The position numbers were made by a program, and so were the translations under genes. Under the pieces are notes generated by a model. That model was given only the letters and a program-made list of their open reading frames with translations, had not been told where the DNA came from and made no database searches. Below are positions 18,836-28,467 of a stretch of DNA of 40,712 nt, in pieces (within the stretch, counting starts at the first letter, position 1; every line of letters starts with the position of its first letter). Location of the stretch: the NCBI GenBank assembly GCA_022768045.1, contig JALEND010000020.1:1-40712 (forward strand), given 5' to 3'. This DNA comes from Mycoplasmatota bacterium. Lineage in GTDB: Bacteria; Bacillota_I; Bacilli_A; RF39; UBA660.

Positions 18836-19372
18836 ATGAAATTGAAAGTTAATTATGATTTATTAAATAAAATAGAAGAATCTAAAAAAGGAGTAAGCCT
18901 TAACAAAATATATAAGGATCGTTTACGTAATACTGCTATATGTATTCCTATGTTAACTCCATTTTATATTTTAGATCCTGATAATATAGGAAGAAATTTA
19001 ATTTATTTACTTGGGTTTGAAGGATTTTACTTTGTAACAGATTGCATAATAGATTCTATGTTTAAAGATTATAAAAAGAAAATAGCTAAAGAAGACCTTT
19101 TAGACCTAATAAGAGACTTAGAAAAATTAGGTGTATTAACTAATTATGAATTATTACAATCTTCAGAAGTTATAACTACTAATTATAAAGTTACTTTAAA
19201 CAAGCATAAGATTCCTGCTATAAAAGAAGCAAAATACATAAACGTAAATTTACGTAATGGATATAGTGAAACAATAATGCAAGAACATAATATCATGAGT
19301 AGATATTATGATATATCTGTTAAGGAAATAGAGAAGAAAAAAGTATTTAAACTTGCTAAAAACAATACTTAA
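18836..19372 (+). CDS. Hypothetical protein with two hydrophobic segments
   Basis: AAGGAG RBS, own TTGATT...TGnTAGAAT promoter and downstream hairpin at 19380-19413. Confidence 0.75.
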   Translation: MKLKVNYDLLNKIEESKKGVSLNKIYKDRLRNTAICIPMLTPFYILDPDNIGRNLIYLLGFEGFYFVTDCIIDSMFKDYKKKIAKEDLLDLIRDLEKLGVLTNYELLQSSEVITTNYKVTLNKHKIPAIKEAKYINVNLRNGYSETIMQEHNIMSRYYDISVKEIEKKKVFKLAKNNT

Positions 19373-19456
19373 ATATAGTAAAAGATAAGTTATAATAATT
19401 GACTTATCTTTTTATTTATATTAAAATTATATTTAGAATAGATGAGGTGTTTGTTA

Positions 19457-20569
19457 ATGAAAAGGATATTTAGTTGTGTTACTTTCATGTTTGTTTTATT
19501 TTTATTTAGTATAACTAGTTTGAAAGCTGCTAGTATGAGCTTTTCTCCAAGTAATTTAAAAAAGGGAAGCCAAACAAAACTTAGTATTTCTGGTTTAGAA
19601 GAAAGTGCAAGCTACAGCTTAAGTTATTCAAATGGATATAGTAGCATATTAAGTGTATCAGTTAACTATTGTGGTAGTGGAACTAGCATTAATAAATCTA
19701 ATAGTTGTCAAATAATTTATAGTACGGTAGGCTCTGGAACTGTTACAGTATCACTTATAAGAACATCTGGTGAAGGTAATGATACAGTAGCATCTGCAAA
19801 GGTTACTGTAAATGGTGGTAATAACAACATAACAACTAAACAAACTCCTAAAACTACTAAACAGACAACAAAGGCTCAAACTACTACAACGGCTGCTTTA
19901 AAAAGTACTAATGCTAATTTAAGCAAGCTAGTTGTAAAAGATCAAGATGGAGCAGTTTTATCATATACACCTGAATTTAAAAATGATGTATATGAATACA
20001 CTGTTGAAGCATTAAGTGGAGTTGAAAAGATTCAGTTAGAGCCTTCTATGGAAGATGCTAAGGCAAACTTAGTAATTAGTGATAATGTTAATGAAAAGTT
20101 AAAAGAAGGACAAACAACAAAGATAACCATTACTGTAACAGCTGAAGATGGAATAACAAAGAAAGCTTATAACATAAACGTTAATAAAGCAGCATTAAAT
20201 TCTGATGCTACTTTAAAGAGTTTAATAATATCAGAAGCTATGGATTTTAAATTACAAAATGGAGTTTATGAATATACTGTTGGGATAGAAAAAAATGTTT
20301 CTGCGTTAACTATTAAGTGTATACCTAATAGTGAGACATCAAAGTGTAGTATAACAGGTAATAGTAACTTAAAAAATAAGAGTGTAGTAAAGGTGCTAGT
20401 AACAGCAGAAGATGGTTCTAAAAAAGAATATAAAATAAACATTAGTAAAAAAAGTGATAATGTTAAAAAAATAACAATGGAAGATATAAAAGATCCTCTT
20501 ATAATAATTAGCTTATCAATAGTTGCTTTTGCGTTAATAGGAGGAATATTCTATACTGTAAAAAGATAA
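19457..20569 (+). CDS. Surface protein with two cadherin-like beta-sandwich domains
   Basis: Signal peptide (..SLKA/A), Thr/Lys-rich linker, two repeats S.NA.L..L.....YEYTV.....VTAEDG.KK.Y.IN, C-terminal TM plus KR. Confidence 0.88.
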   Translation: MKRIFSCVTFMFVLFLFSITSLKAASMSFSPSNLKKGSQTKLSISGLEESASYSLSYSNGYSSILSVSVNYCGSGTSINKSNSCQIIYSTVGSGTVTVSLIRTSGEGNDTVASAKVTVNGGNNNITTKQTPKTTKQTTKAQTTTTAALKSTNANLSKLVVKDQDGAVLSYTPEFKNDVYEYTVEALSGVEKIQLEPSMEDAKANLVISDNVNEKLKEGQTTKITITVTAEDGITKKAYNINVNKAALNSDATLKSLIISEAMDFKLQNGVYEYTVGIEKNVSALTIKCIPNSETSKCSITGNSNLKNKSVVKVLVTAEDGSKKEYKINISKKSDNVKKITMEDIKDPLIIISLSIVAFALIGGIFYTVKR

Positions 20570-20701
20570 AGGTAAACATAAAAAATAAGTGTTTACTTTT
20601 TTTATTATGGTTTAGTATAAAAGCAAATAATTATTAAGCATATATTAATTACTATATGCTTTTTAAAATTCATAAATAAAAAAAAGATAATTGTTTTACA
20701 A

Positions 20702-21403
20702 TTAATCTTTTTTATTTCTTATAAATTCTCTTAGTATCTTTGTTAAAGCTCTTTTTTCAATTCTAGATACATAGCTTCTTGAAATGTTAAATTCCTTTGC
20801 AATTTCTTTTTGAGTGTATATTTTTGTATTATATAAACCATATCTTTTAATTATAATTTGTTTTTCTCTTTCAGTTAATATATTTACGTATTCATATAAT
20901 AACAAGACTTTATCTTTTAAATCTATATCACTTATATAATCAGGATCTGGTGTTTTTAAAATATCCATTATAGATATTTCATTTCCTTCTTTATCAAATC
21001 CAACAGATTCATTTATACTTATGTTTTTAGCGTTTTTCTTATCACTTCTAAAATGCATTAATATTTCATTTTCAATACATCTTGCAGCATACGTAGTTAA
21101 TTTAGCTCCATTTTTATCTGAGAATGTATCAATTGCTTTTATAAGTCCAATGGTACCTATACTAATTAAATCATCTATGTCTACTTTTTTAGAATCATAC
21201 TTTTTAACTATGTGTGCAACTAATCTTAAGTTATGTTCTATAAGTTTGTTTCTAGCTTCTTTCTCATTGTTTTTCATCTTTATTACTAATTTATTTTCCT
21301 CTTCTTTTGAAATTGGATCTGGAAATGTTTTATTTCCATAAGATGCACAACCAATTAACGCACCTTTTATTATTTCACTTATAATATTAATAAACAAAAT
21401 CAT
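20702..21403 (-). CDS. sigK: Pro-sigma-K, uninterrupted (no skin element)
   Basis: FPDP...EE, LIEHNLRLVAHIVKKY, DDLISIGTIGLIKAI, KLTTYAARCIENEILMHFR, TQKEIAK..ISRSYVSRIEKRAL; hydrophobic pro-sequence; start may be TTG 21397. Confidence 0.96.
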   Translation of the reverse strand: MILFINIISEIIKGALIGCASYGNKTFPDPISKEEENKLVIKMKNNEKEARNKLIEHNLRLVAHIVKKYDSKKVDIDDLISIGTIGLIKAIDTFSDKNGAKLTTYAARCIENEILMHFRSDKKNAKNISINESVGFDKEGNEISIMDILKTPDPDYISDIDLKDKVLLLYEYVNILTEREKQIIIKRYGLYNTKIYTQKEIAKEFNISRSYVSRIEKRALTKILREFIRNKKD

Positions 21404-21415
21404 CACTCCTAGTAA

Positions 21416-21443
21416 ATTATATGACGAAATTTATATTATTTAT
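21416..21443 (-). promoter_or_regulatory. Putative sigma-E promoter of sigK
   Basis: Minus strand ATA-N17-CATATAAT just upstream of the AGGAG RBS; sigK is sigma-E transcribed in Bacillus. Confidence 0.6.
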
Positions 21444-21516
21444 GTTATAATAAAATAGAATAAAAAGAATATATATGTAATGTTTAACTTATTTATTAAT
21501 TGAAAGGGTTGGTTTC

Positions 21517-22722
21517 ATGTTAAGATTTAATTTTAATTTTGATTTATTTAACAGTGATTACTTTTTATATGAAAGATTTTTAGTATTTCTTTTCGCGTTA
21601 GTACCTGCTATTTTGTTAGTTGTATTTGTACTTTATACTGATAGAAAAAGCAAGGAACCTGCTAAAAACATAATATTGTGCTTATTATCTGGCTTTTTAA
21701 CCATTGCACTTGCGCAGTACTTAGAAAACTTAGTTATGCCATATTTTTCAAACAATGTAGTATTAACTTATATATGGGCGTTTTTAGAAGAAGTATCAAA
21801 GGCAGCTATTTTCTTCTTGTTTGTATTTGATAATAAGTATTATGATGACATATATGATGGGTTAGTATATATGGCTTTAATTGCGCTATCTTTTGCAGGA
21901 TTAGAAAACATAATGTACGCCTTTTCAGAAAGTACGGTAGCAAGTAGTATATCTCTTGCGTTAATGAGAGATTTTACAACAATACCACTACATGTTATAT
22001 GTGGAATCGTAATAGGGTACTTTTTATCTCTTTCATACTTTTCTAAAACAAAGAAGAAAAAGTATGTTAACATAGTTTTAGCACTTTTAGTATCATCATT
22101 TATTCATGGAACTTTTAATAACTTAATGACTTTACTTAGTACTATAAATGTTTCTGATAACGACTCTGTTAAAATGATGTTATTTGTAATGTTACCACTT
22201 CTAATAATAATGGTAGTGTTATTTATAGTTGCAATTAAGTTTATAAATAAATCTGTTAAGTTAAATGATATATTTGTAAATAACTTAGAATATGATGATA
22301 AATATGCTTATTTAATGACTTCAAAAGAATTCCTATTAAGTGGTAAGAATAAGTTAAAAGAAGAACGTTATAATAAACTTATGGGAATTAAAGATAAAAA
22401 AGATGATAATGAAGAAAATGAGATAGCAGAAGAAGCAAATGATAAAGAAGAACAATCTTTTATGCCTGAAGCTATAGTTTTAAATAGACCTAATAATAAG
22501 TTAATAGAAACAGATTACAAGAATTATGGCTTAGAAGAAGTATATGAAGAAAAAGAAAAATTAGAAGAAACAAATGATATTGATATATCAAGTATTATTG
22601 ATGAAACAATTGATAAAGATTTAGATAACATGATTATTCTTAAAACAAATAAAAGAAAGAGTAATTTAGAAAGTAAGAAAAGAAGAAAAAAATATAGGGG
22701 TAAAAACAGGAGGTTTCGATGA
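21517..22722 (+). CDS. prsW: PrsW family intramembrane metalloprotease with long charged C-tail
   Basis: DRK.KEP, LEEVSK, DGLVY, FAGLEN, PLHVI, HGTFN motifs. Confidence 0.9.
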   Translation: MLRFNFNFDLFNSDYFLYERFLVFLFALVPAILLVVFVLYTDRKSKEPAKNIILCLLSGFLTIALAQYLENLVMPYFSNNVVLTYIWAFLEEVSKAAIFFLFVFDNKYYDDIYDGLVYMALIALSFAGLENIMYAFSESTVASSISLALMRDFTTIPLHVICGIVIGYFLSLSYFSKTKKKKYVNIVLALLVSSFIHGTFNNLMTLLSTINVSDNDSVKMMLFVMLPLLIIMVVLFIVAIKFINKSVKLNDIFVNNLEYDDKYAYLMTSKEFLLSGKNKLKEERYNKLMGIKDKKDDNEENEIAEEANDKEEQSFMPEAIVLNRPNNKLIETDYKNYGLEEVYEEKEKLEETNDIDISSIIDETIDKDLDNMIILKTNKRKSNLESKKRRKKYRGKNRRFR

Positions 22723-23237
22723 AAATTTTCATTCCAGATATTTACCAAAAAAGTATTTTTACAATTAACTATGATAAGCTAAAGAAAAAAGGTATTAAGT
22801 GTTTATTATTTGATCTTGATAATACTATTTCACCAGCTAAAGAAGTGGTTTTATGTAAAAAGACAAAGAAACTTTTAGATAAATTGAAAAAAGATTTTAA
22901 AATAATAATATTTTCAAATAATTTTCCTAAGAGAATAGCAAAGTTTGGCATATATTATGGTGTTGATGTATCATGTGTTTGTCTAAAACCATTTAAGTAT
23001 AAATATAAGTATATATTAAAAAAATATAACTTTAAAAAAGATGAAGTAGCAGCTATAGGAGATCAATTATTAACTGATATTTTAGGTGGTAATAAAATGA
23101 AAATATTAACTATATTAGTTGATCCTATGACTTTGATAGATGAAAAAGAAACATTTTTAAATAGACAAATAGAAAAAGCTATTTTTAAGAATTTTAAGAA
23201 GAAAGATATATTAGTTAAAGGAAGATATTATGAATAA
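22719..23237 (+). CDS. yqeG: HAD IIIA phosphatase YqeG
   Basis: FIPD.YQKSIF.I, FDLDNTI, SNN, KP, IGDQLLTDILGGN; upstream of yqeH. Confidence 0.95.
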   Translation: MKIFIPDIYQKSIFTINYDKLKKKGIKCLLFDLDNTISPAKEVVLCKKTKKLLDKLKKDFKIIIFSNNFPKRIAKFGIYYGVDVSCVCLKPFKYKYKYILKKYNFKKDEVAAIGDQLLTDILGGNKMKILTILVDPMTLIDEKETFLNRQIEKAIFKNFKKKDILVKGRYYE

Positions 23238-24234
23238 AAAATGTATGGGCTGCGGAAGTGTTATGCAAGATAAAGATCCTTTAAAAGAAGGATATACAAT
23301 AAATATTTTGGATAACACCTTATGTCAAAGATGCTTTAAAATAAAGTATTATGGGACGTATTTAAAATCTAATAAGGAAACTTCCAGCTATGATGAAATT
23401 TTTAATGGTATTAAAGATAAAAAAGACTTAATATTATATTTATGTGATATTTTTACACTAGATGATTCATTAAAAAACTTAAATGAGTTTAAAGGTAAAG
23501 TACTTCTTATTATTACTAAGAAAGATTTATTACCAAAATCTGTTAAAGAAGAAAAACTTATTAATTATATAAGAAATAATTATAGTTTAAATATAGAAGA
23601 CATAGTTTTTGTAAGTAGCAAGAAGAATTATAATTTAGACTTGTTAATGAGAAAAATAAATAAGTATAAGACTAGTGATAAAGTATATTTAGTTGGTAAT
23701 ACAAATGCTGGTAAATCAACGTTATTAAATAGAATAATTAAGTCATATTCTTCTTTAGAAAAAGAAATAACAGAAAGTAATATGCCGGAGACTACGCTTG
23801 ATTTAATTGAGATAAAAATAGATGATAACTTAACAATAATTGATACTCCTGGAATAGTAAGTGATGATAATTATTTATATGACTTAGACCAAAAAAACGT
23901 AAAAAAAGTTAGTCCTAAAACAGAGGTTAAGCCAAGAACATTTCAGTTAAAGAAAAATAGTTCTTTGTTAATAGGAGATTATGCTAGAATAGATTATTTA
24001 TCTGATTGGGATAATAGTTTTACAATTTATTTATCTAATGAAATAGATGTTAGTAAAATAAATTTTAATACTAATACAAGACTTAGAAATTTAAAAAAAC
24101 ATTCGTTTGATTTAAGTGATAAAAAAGACATAGTAATAAATGGCTTATTATTTTGTAAGATAGTAAAAAAAGCTAAGGTAGATATCTATGTTAAGAAAAA
24201 CGTTAAAGTCTTTGAAAGAAATAATTTAATATAA
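23230..24234 (+). CDS. yqeH: Ribosome biogenesis GTPase YqeH
   Basis: CMGCG..CQRCF Zn finger, TKKDLLP, GNTNAGKSTLLN, DTPG. Confidence 0.93.
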   Translation: MNKKCMGCGSVMQDKDPLKEGYTINILDNTLCQRCFKIKYYGTYLKSNKETSSYDEIFNGIKDKKDLILYLCDIFTLDDSLKNLNEFKGKVLLIITKKDLLPKSVKEEKLINYIRNNYSLNIEDIVFVSSKKNYNLDLLMRKINKYKTSDKVYLVGNTNAGKSTLLNRIIKSYSSLEKEITESNMPETTLDLIEIKIDDNLTIIDTPGIVSDDNYLYDLDQKNVKKVSPKTEVKPRTFQLKKNSSLLIGDYARIDYLSDWDNSFTIYLSNEIDVSKINFNTNTRLRNLKKHSFDLSDKKDIVINGLLFCKIVKKAKVDIYVKKNVKVFERNNLI

Positions 24235-24239
24235 AAATA

Positions 24240-24266
24240 AAAAAGAACCAAAATGGTTCTTTTTTT
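24240..24266 (+). terminator. Terminator after yqeH
   Basis: AAAAGAACCA-aaa-TGGTTCTTTT plus T run. Confidence 0.8.
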
Positions 24267-24314
24267 GACATAATATTTATTTAGTTTGTTTTATTATTAT
24301 TTTGGGTGATATAA

Positions 24315-24773
24315 ATGAAGAAAACTATTATATGGATTATGTTTGCTATTTTATCTGGTGCAGTGCTTGGAAAGGTAACTTTTGATAAGTATTCGTCATT
24401 AAAAGTAGATGAGGTTATAAGTTATAACACAAATACCTATATGTTAAAGTATAAAACTTATTCTAGCAAAAAGAAGATGGAAGAAGATGTTAAGAAAATA
24501 GATAGATATATCTACATAAAAGAAGGTAATGATATTACTGTTTACTTAGCAATTACAACAAGTAAAGATAATATTAAAAAAATAAAAAAGATATATGATG
24601 AAGAAAATATTAAGACAAGTATTAAAAGAGTAGATATTGAAAATGAAGAGTTTATACAAAACTTAAATGAATATGAAAAGTTACTTACAGCAGCATATAG
24701 CAAGTCATCTTTAATAACAATAGAAAATCAAATTTTATCTTGTTATGAAAAGTTGGTGGTTAATGATGAATAA
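24315..24773 (+). CDS. Membrane-anchored hypothetical protein at the spoIIB position
   Basis: N-terminal TM (AILSGAVLG) followed by a SPOR-like beta/alpha pattern; directly upstream of radC, the spoIIB-maf position in B. subtilis. Confidence 0.6.
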   Translation: MKKTIIWIMFAILSGAVLGKVTFDKYSSLKVDEVISYNTNTYMLKYKTYSSKKKMEEDVKKIDRYIYIKEGNDITVYLAITTSKDNIKKIKKIYDEENIKTSIKRVDIENEEFIQNLNEYEKLLTAAYSKSSLITIENQILSCYEKLVVNDE

Positions 24774-25458
24774 ATTATTGATAAAAGCAATTCCAAAAGA
24801 GGAAAGACCAAGAGAAAAACTTATAAGAGATGGAGCAAAAAACATTTCTTTAGAAGATTTAATTGCAATTACTTTAAAAACTGGTACGAAGGATTATTCT
24901 TCAAAGTATTTAGCAGGTAAAATATTATCTCTTGTAAAAGATGCTAGTGAACTTAAAAATCTTACGTTAAAAAAATTAATTAGTATTAATGGAATAGGTG
25001 CAGTAAAAGCAATTGATTTTTTAGCAGCTTTAGAATTAGGAAGAAGGGTATATCAAGAAACCGTAATTGATAGTTCTTTTAAATGTAATGGAGCAGTAAA
25101 GGTTTTTAATTATTTTAAACATTTATTCATATTTGAAAAACAAGAATATTTTTACTGTTTATACTTAGATAATCATAAGAATTTAATAGATAAAAAATTA
25201 CTATTTAAGGGAACTATAAACAGAAGTATAGTTCATCCAAGAGAAATATTTAAGGAGGCTTATTTAAATAGTGCATCTAGTATTATTTGTATACATAATC
25301 ATCCATCAGGTGTTATATCTCCGTCTAAAGAAGATATATTAATTACTAAAAAATTGGTATCAATTGGTAAGTTACTGGGTATACCAATAATAGACCATAT
25401 AATAATTGGTAAGGATGATTATTATAGTTTTTATGAAAATGATATATTGGAGGAGTAG
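24766..25458 (+). CDS. radC: RadC family JAB-domain protein
   Basis: ERPREKL, GIGAVKA HhH, VHPREIFK, HNHPSG..PSKED, DHIIIG. Confidence 0.96.
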   Translation: MNKLLIKAIPKEERPREKLIRDGAKNISLEDLIAITLKTGTKDYSSKYLAGKILSLVKDASELKNLTLKKLISINGIGAVKAIDFLAALELGRRVYQETVIDSSFKCNGAVKVFNYFKHLFIFEKQEYFYCLYLDNHKNLIDKKLLFKGTINRSIVHPREIFKEAYLNSASSIICIHNHPSGVISPSKEDILITKKLVSIGKLLGIPIIDHIIIGKDDYYSFYENDILEE

Positions 25459-25460
25459 TT

Positions 25461-26201
25461 ATGAAAAGAAAAAACTTATATGTTGTACTTCTTTGTATAT
25501 TTATATTTATCTTTTCAAATACATTATTGGTACTTGATAGAAAATATACTATTTTAGAAAACTTATTTAAAAACGTTAATAAATATATATGTTCTTATAT
25601 AGATGATAGGTTATATAAAGAAGTTAAAAGTGATAATGTTATAAATTCAAGAATAAAATACTTAGAAAAAGAAAATGATGAGCTAAAGAAAAGTGTTAAG
25701 ATAAAAGAAGAACATCCAAATACCATAACATCTAAAGTTATAAATCATGTATCTAATAGTTTTTATGATAGGGTAGAAATAAATAAAGGCCTTGACTATA
25801 AAATTAACGTAGGTGATGCTGTTATTAATTCATCTGGATTAGTTGGTTTTATTTCTAAGACTGGTAAAAAAGTTAGTGAGGCCAACTTACTTGTAAATGT
25901 TAATAATAATTTTAAAGTATCTGTTTTAATAGAAAATAGTGATAGTAATTTATATGGGTTATTAAGCTCATATGATAATAAAACAAAGCTATTTAAGATA
26001 ACTAATATAAGAGCAAAGGATAAGATAAAAATAGGAAGTAAGGTGTATTTATCAGGGTATAATAACTCAAGTTATAAAAACATATACATAGGTAAAATAA
26101 AAGATGAAAAAGTAAGTGATTATGGTCTTACTAAAACACTTTACTTAAAATCTGATGTTGATTTTAATAATTTATTTATTTTATCAGTTGAGGTATCATA
26201 A
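25461..26201 (+). CDS. mreC: Rod shape-determining protein MreC
   Basis: TM, coiled coil LEKENDELK, INKG, VINSSGLVGFI, IYIGKI, DVDFNNL. Confidence 0.9.
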   Translation: MKRKNLYVVLLCIFIFIFSNTLLVLDRKYTILENLFKNVNKYICSYIDDRLYKEVKSDNVINSRIKYLEKENDELKKSVKIKEEHPNTITSKVINHVSNSFYDRVEINKGLDYKINVGDAVINSSGLVGFISKTGKKVSEANLLVNVNNNFKVSVLIENSDSNLYGLLSSYDNKTKLFKITNIRAKDKIKIGSKVYLSGYNNSSYKNIYIGKIKDEKVSDYGLTKTLYLKSDVDFNNLFILSVEVS

Positions 26202-26669
26202 ATGATCTTAAGTATAATATCTTATTTATCCTCTTACTTTCTAACAAGTTTTTTTTCATATGCATTTAAGTATGTTATACCTTTATTTATTTTATCTACC
26301 ATAATATTAATTAATAAAGCAGGCATTAGTACTAAAAAGTCATATATATTATCATTTATATTTGGTTTTATTTATGATTTAACTTTTACATCTTTTTTTA
26401 TGTTTAATGCTTTTATATTCTTATTTTGTACTTATTTTATTAGAAAGTTAAATATAAATTCATTTATAAAATACATGATATTTTACATTTTATTTTCATT
26501 AATATATGTATTAATTATTTATGTAGATGTATTTTTTAACTCAAATACAAGTTTAATAAATAGTTTATATGTTTACTTTAACAGCTTATTTTTAAATTTA
26601 ACATACTTTATAATTACATATTTTATGTATTTCTTAATAAATAGAATAAAGAATAAAATAAAATCATAA
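26202..26669 (+). CDS. mreD: Rod shape-determining protein MreD
   Basis: Polytopic 155 aa with FGFIYDL motif, abutting mreC. Confidence 0.8.
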   Translation: MILSIISYLSSYFLTSFFSYAFKYVIPLFILSTIILINKAGISTKKSYILSFIFGFIYDLTFTSFFMFNAFIFLFCTYFIRKLNINSFIKYMIFYILFSLIYVLIIYVDVFFNSNTSLINSLYVYFNSLFLNLTYFIITYFMYFLINRIKNKIKS

Positions 26670-26672
26670 ATT
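26646..26672 (+). promoter_or_regulatory. Putative sigma-E promoter of spoIVF
   Basis: ATA-N16-CATAAATT upstream of the GGGTGA RBS. Confidence 0.45.
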
Positions 26673-26688
26673 ATATGGGTGATTATCT

Positions 26689-27267
26689 ATGAAGAAGAAA
26701 AAAATAAAAAACGATATAGAAAATAAATATTCTTTTAAAAATTATTTATTTTCTTTTTTTATTAAGTCATTAATTGTTGTTATATTTTTCTTATTAGCAT
26801 CTATTTACATAAATATATCAAGTGATAACAAAAAGAAATTAAAAAACATAGTTTATAAAAATAATTTATCATTCGCTAGAATTTATGGTATGTATCAAAA
26901 ATACTTAGGAGAACTTATTCCTTTTAAAACTAATAATGAAACAAAAAAAGTATCAAGTGAAAGTTTTAAATATAACAGCGTAGAAAAAGAGGGTAACTTT
27001 TATCTTTTTAAAGTTGATACAGGTGAAAACATTAGTGCATTTAAAAGTGGTATTGTAATAGAAAAAAAGAAGGATAAAACGTATGGTAACATAGTAAAAA
27101 TTCAAGATAAACAAGGCGTTATTATAACGTATGGGAATTTAGCTAACGTATCTGTTTTTCTATATGATTATGTTTCCAAAGATGAAATAATTGGGGTATG
27201 TGAAGAAAAGGTTTATTTAATGTTTCAAAAAAATGGAAAGTATTTAAAATATGATGAGTTTATTTAG
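26689..27267 (+). CDS. spoIVFA: SpoIVFA-like protein (degenerate M23 domain)
   Basis: TM, then ISAFKSGIVI..YGNIVKIQ..TYGNL..V.LYDYV..EIIG without Zn ligands; upstream of spoIVFB. Confidence 0.8.
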   Translation: MKKKKIKNDIENKYSFKNYLFSFFIKSLIVVIFFLLASIYINISSDNKKKLKNIVYKNNLSFARIYGMYQKYLGELIPFKTNNETKKVSSESFKYNSVEKEGNFYLFKVDTGENISAFKSGIVIEKKKDKTYGNIVKIQDKQGVIITYGNLANVSVFLYDYVSKDEIIGVCEEKVYLMFQKNGKYLKYDEFI

Positions 27268-28024
27268 AAAGATTAAATTATCTTATACATTATATATTTT
27301 GTTTTTTGTATCTTTAATATCAGGATTATTTAAAGATATTAGTGTTTTTTTCTTAATAATTTTTATTCATGAAATAGGTCATATAATAGCATCTATGCAT
27401 TATAAATGGAATATAAAGAAAGTAGATTTTACGTTAGCTGGAGGCTTTATAACATATGAAGATGAAGTAGATAAACCGTTTAAAGAAGAGTTTATCATAT
27501 CTGTATCAGGTTTTGTTATGCAGTGGATTTTTTTCTTTCTTATTTTTGTTTTATTTAAAAATAATGTTATAAATTATAAGTTATATTTTATGATAAAAAA
27601 GTACCATTTATCTATCTTCTTCTTTAATTTAATGCCGATAATACCTCTTGATGGGTCTAAAATACTACATACGATAATATGTTCTTTAACATACTATAAA
27701 AAAGCTCTTAAAATAAGCTTTATAGTATCAGTAATAAGTTTTATAGTACTTTTTTATTTATATTTGTCTTATTGTAAGGGTAATTTTGGTATGATAATTG
27801 TTTTCTTTTTTATAATTAAAAAAATAATTACGTATTTAAATAACATTCCATATTTATATAACAAAGTACTTTTAGAAAGGTATATTAAAAAAAGAGTTTA
27901 TAAGAAAAATAATTTTATTAAAAAGGGAATGCTAGAACATTTTAAAAGACAAAAAAATAATTTATTTTATAATGGAAAAAGGTATGTTAGTGAGTATAGT
28001 ATTTTAAAAGAAAGGTTTGACTAA
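27251..28024 (+). CDS. spoIVFB: Pro-sigma-K processing M50 protease
   Basis: IHEIGH, GG, FNLMPIIPLDGSK, LLERY; sits upstream of rplU. Confidence 0.88.
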   Translation: MMSLFRKIKLSYTLYILFFVSLISGLFKDISVFFLIIFIHEIGHIIASMHYKWNIKKVDFTLAGGFITYEDEVDKPFKEEFIISVSGFVMQWIFFFLIFVLFKNNVINYKLYFMIKKYHLSIFFFNLMPIIPLDGSKILHTIICSLTYYKKALKISFIVSVISFIVLFYLYLSYCKGNFGMIIVFFFIIKKIITYLNNIPYLYNKVLLERYIKKRVYKKNNFIKKGMLEHFKRQKNNLFYNGKRYVSEYSILKERFD

Positions 28025-28045
28025 TGTTTAATATTATGGTAAAAT
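28017..28045 (+). promoter_or_regulatory. Sigma-A promoter of rplU operon
   Basis: TTGACT-N17-TAAAAT with extended TG. Confidence 0.75.
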
Positions 28046-28054
28046 TGTAACGTT

Positions 28055-28135
28055 TGAATGAACTTCTTGTTCTTCAACCACACTTAAAAGGTTTAAAGTA
28101 AACAATTTATGTACCTTAAGGGTGAGTCTAAGTTT
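28055..28135 (+). ncRNA. L21 leader RNA
   Basis: ACCACAC..AGGT..ACCT..GGTGAGTC elements in the rplU 5' UTR, as in Firmicute L21 leaders. Confidence 0.7.
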
Positions 28136-28156
28136 TTAAAGAAGGAGGAATAATTT

Positions 28157-28456
28157 ATGAAAGCAGTTATTGAAACTGGTGGTAAACAATACCTAGTTGA
28201 AGAAGGTTCTGTTATCTATGTTGAAAAATTAGATTGCGAAGCTGGAAAGAAATATACTTTCGATAAGGTTGTTATGGCAGATGAAAAGATTGGTCATCCA
28301 TATGTTGAAGGTGCAACAGTAGAAGCTAAGGTAGAAAAACATGATAAACAAAAGAAGATAATAGTATATCATTATTTACCAAAGAAAAAATCTCATAAAA
28401 AACAAGGTCATCGTCAACCATATACTAAGTTAACTATTACTAAGATTAATGCTTAA
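28157..28456 (+). CDS. rplU: 50S ribosomal protein L21
   Basis: [23 protein letters not shown]. Confidence 0.98.
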   Translation: MKAVIETGGKQYLVEEGSVIYVEKLDCEAGKKYTFDKVVMADEKIGHPYVEGATVEAKVEKHDKQKKIIVYHYLPKKKSHKKQGHRQPYTKLTITKINA

Positions 28457-28467
28457 TTGGTGATGTT

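Noticed and set aside
19830-19895. ACAACTAAA-type short repeats as CRISPR or VNTR
   Set aside because: Imperfect codon-level repeats encoding a Thr/Lys linker; no spacers or cas genes.
19457-20569. Cadherin-like protein as the sortase substrate
   Set aside because: No PxTG-like motif precedes its C-terminal TM.
20702-21403. skin-like element or split sigK
   Set aside because: sigK is one continuous ORF and there is no recombinase nearby.
24766-25458. radC as marker of a mobile or anti-defence element
   Set aside because: Full-length chromosomal form in its usual position before mreC.
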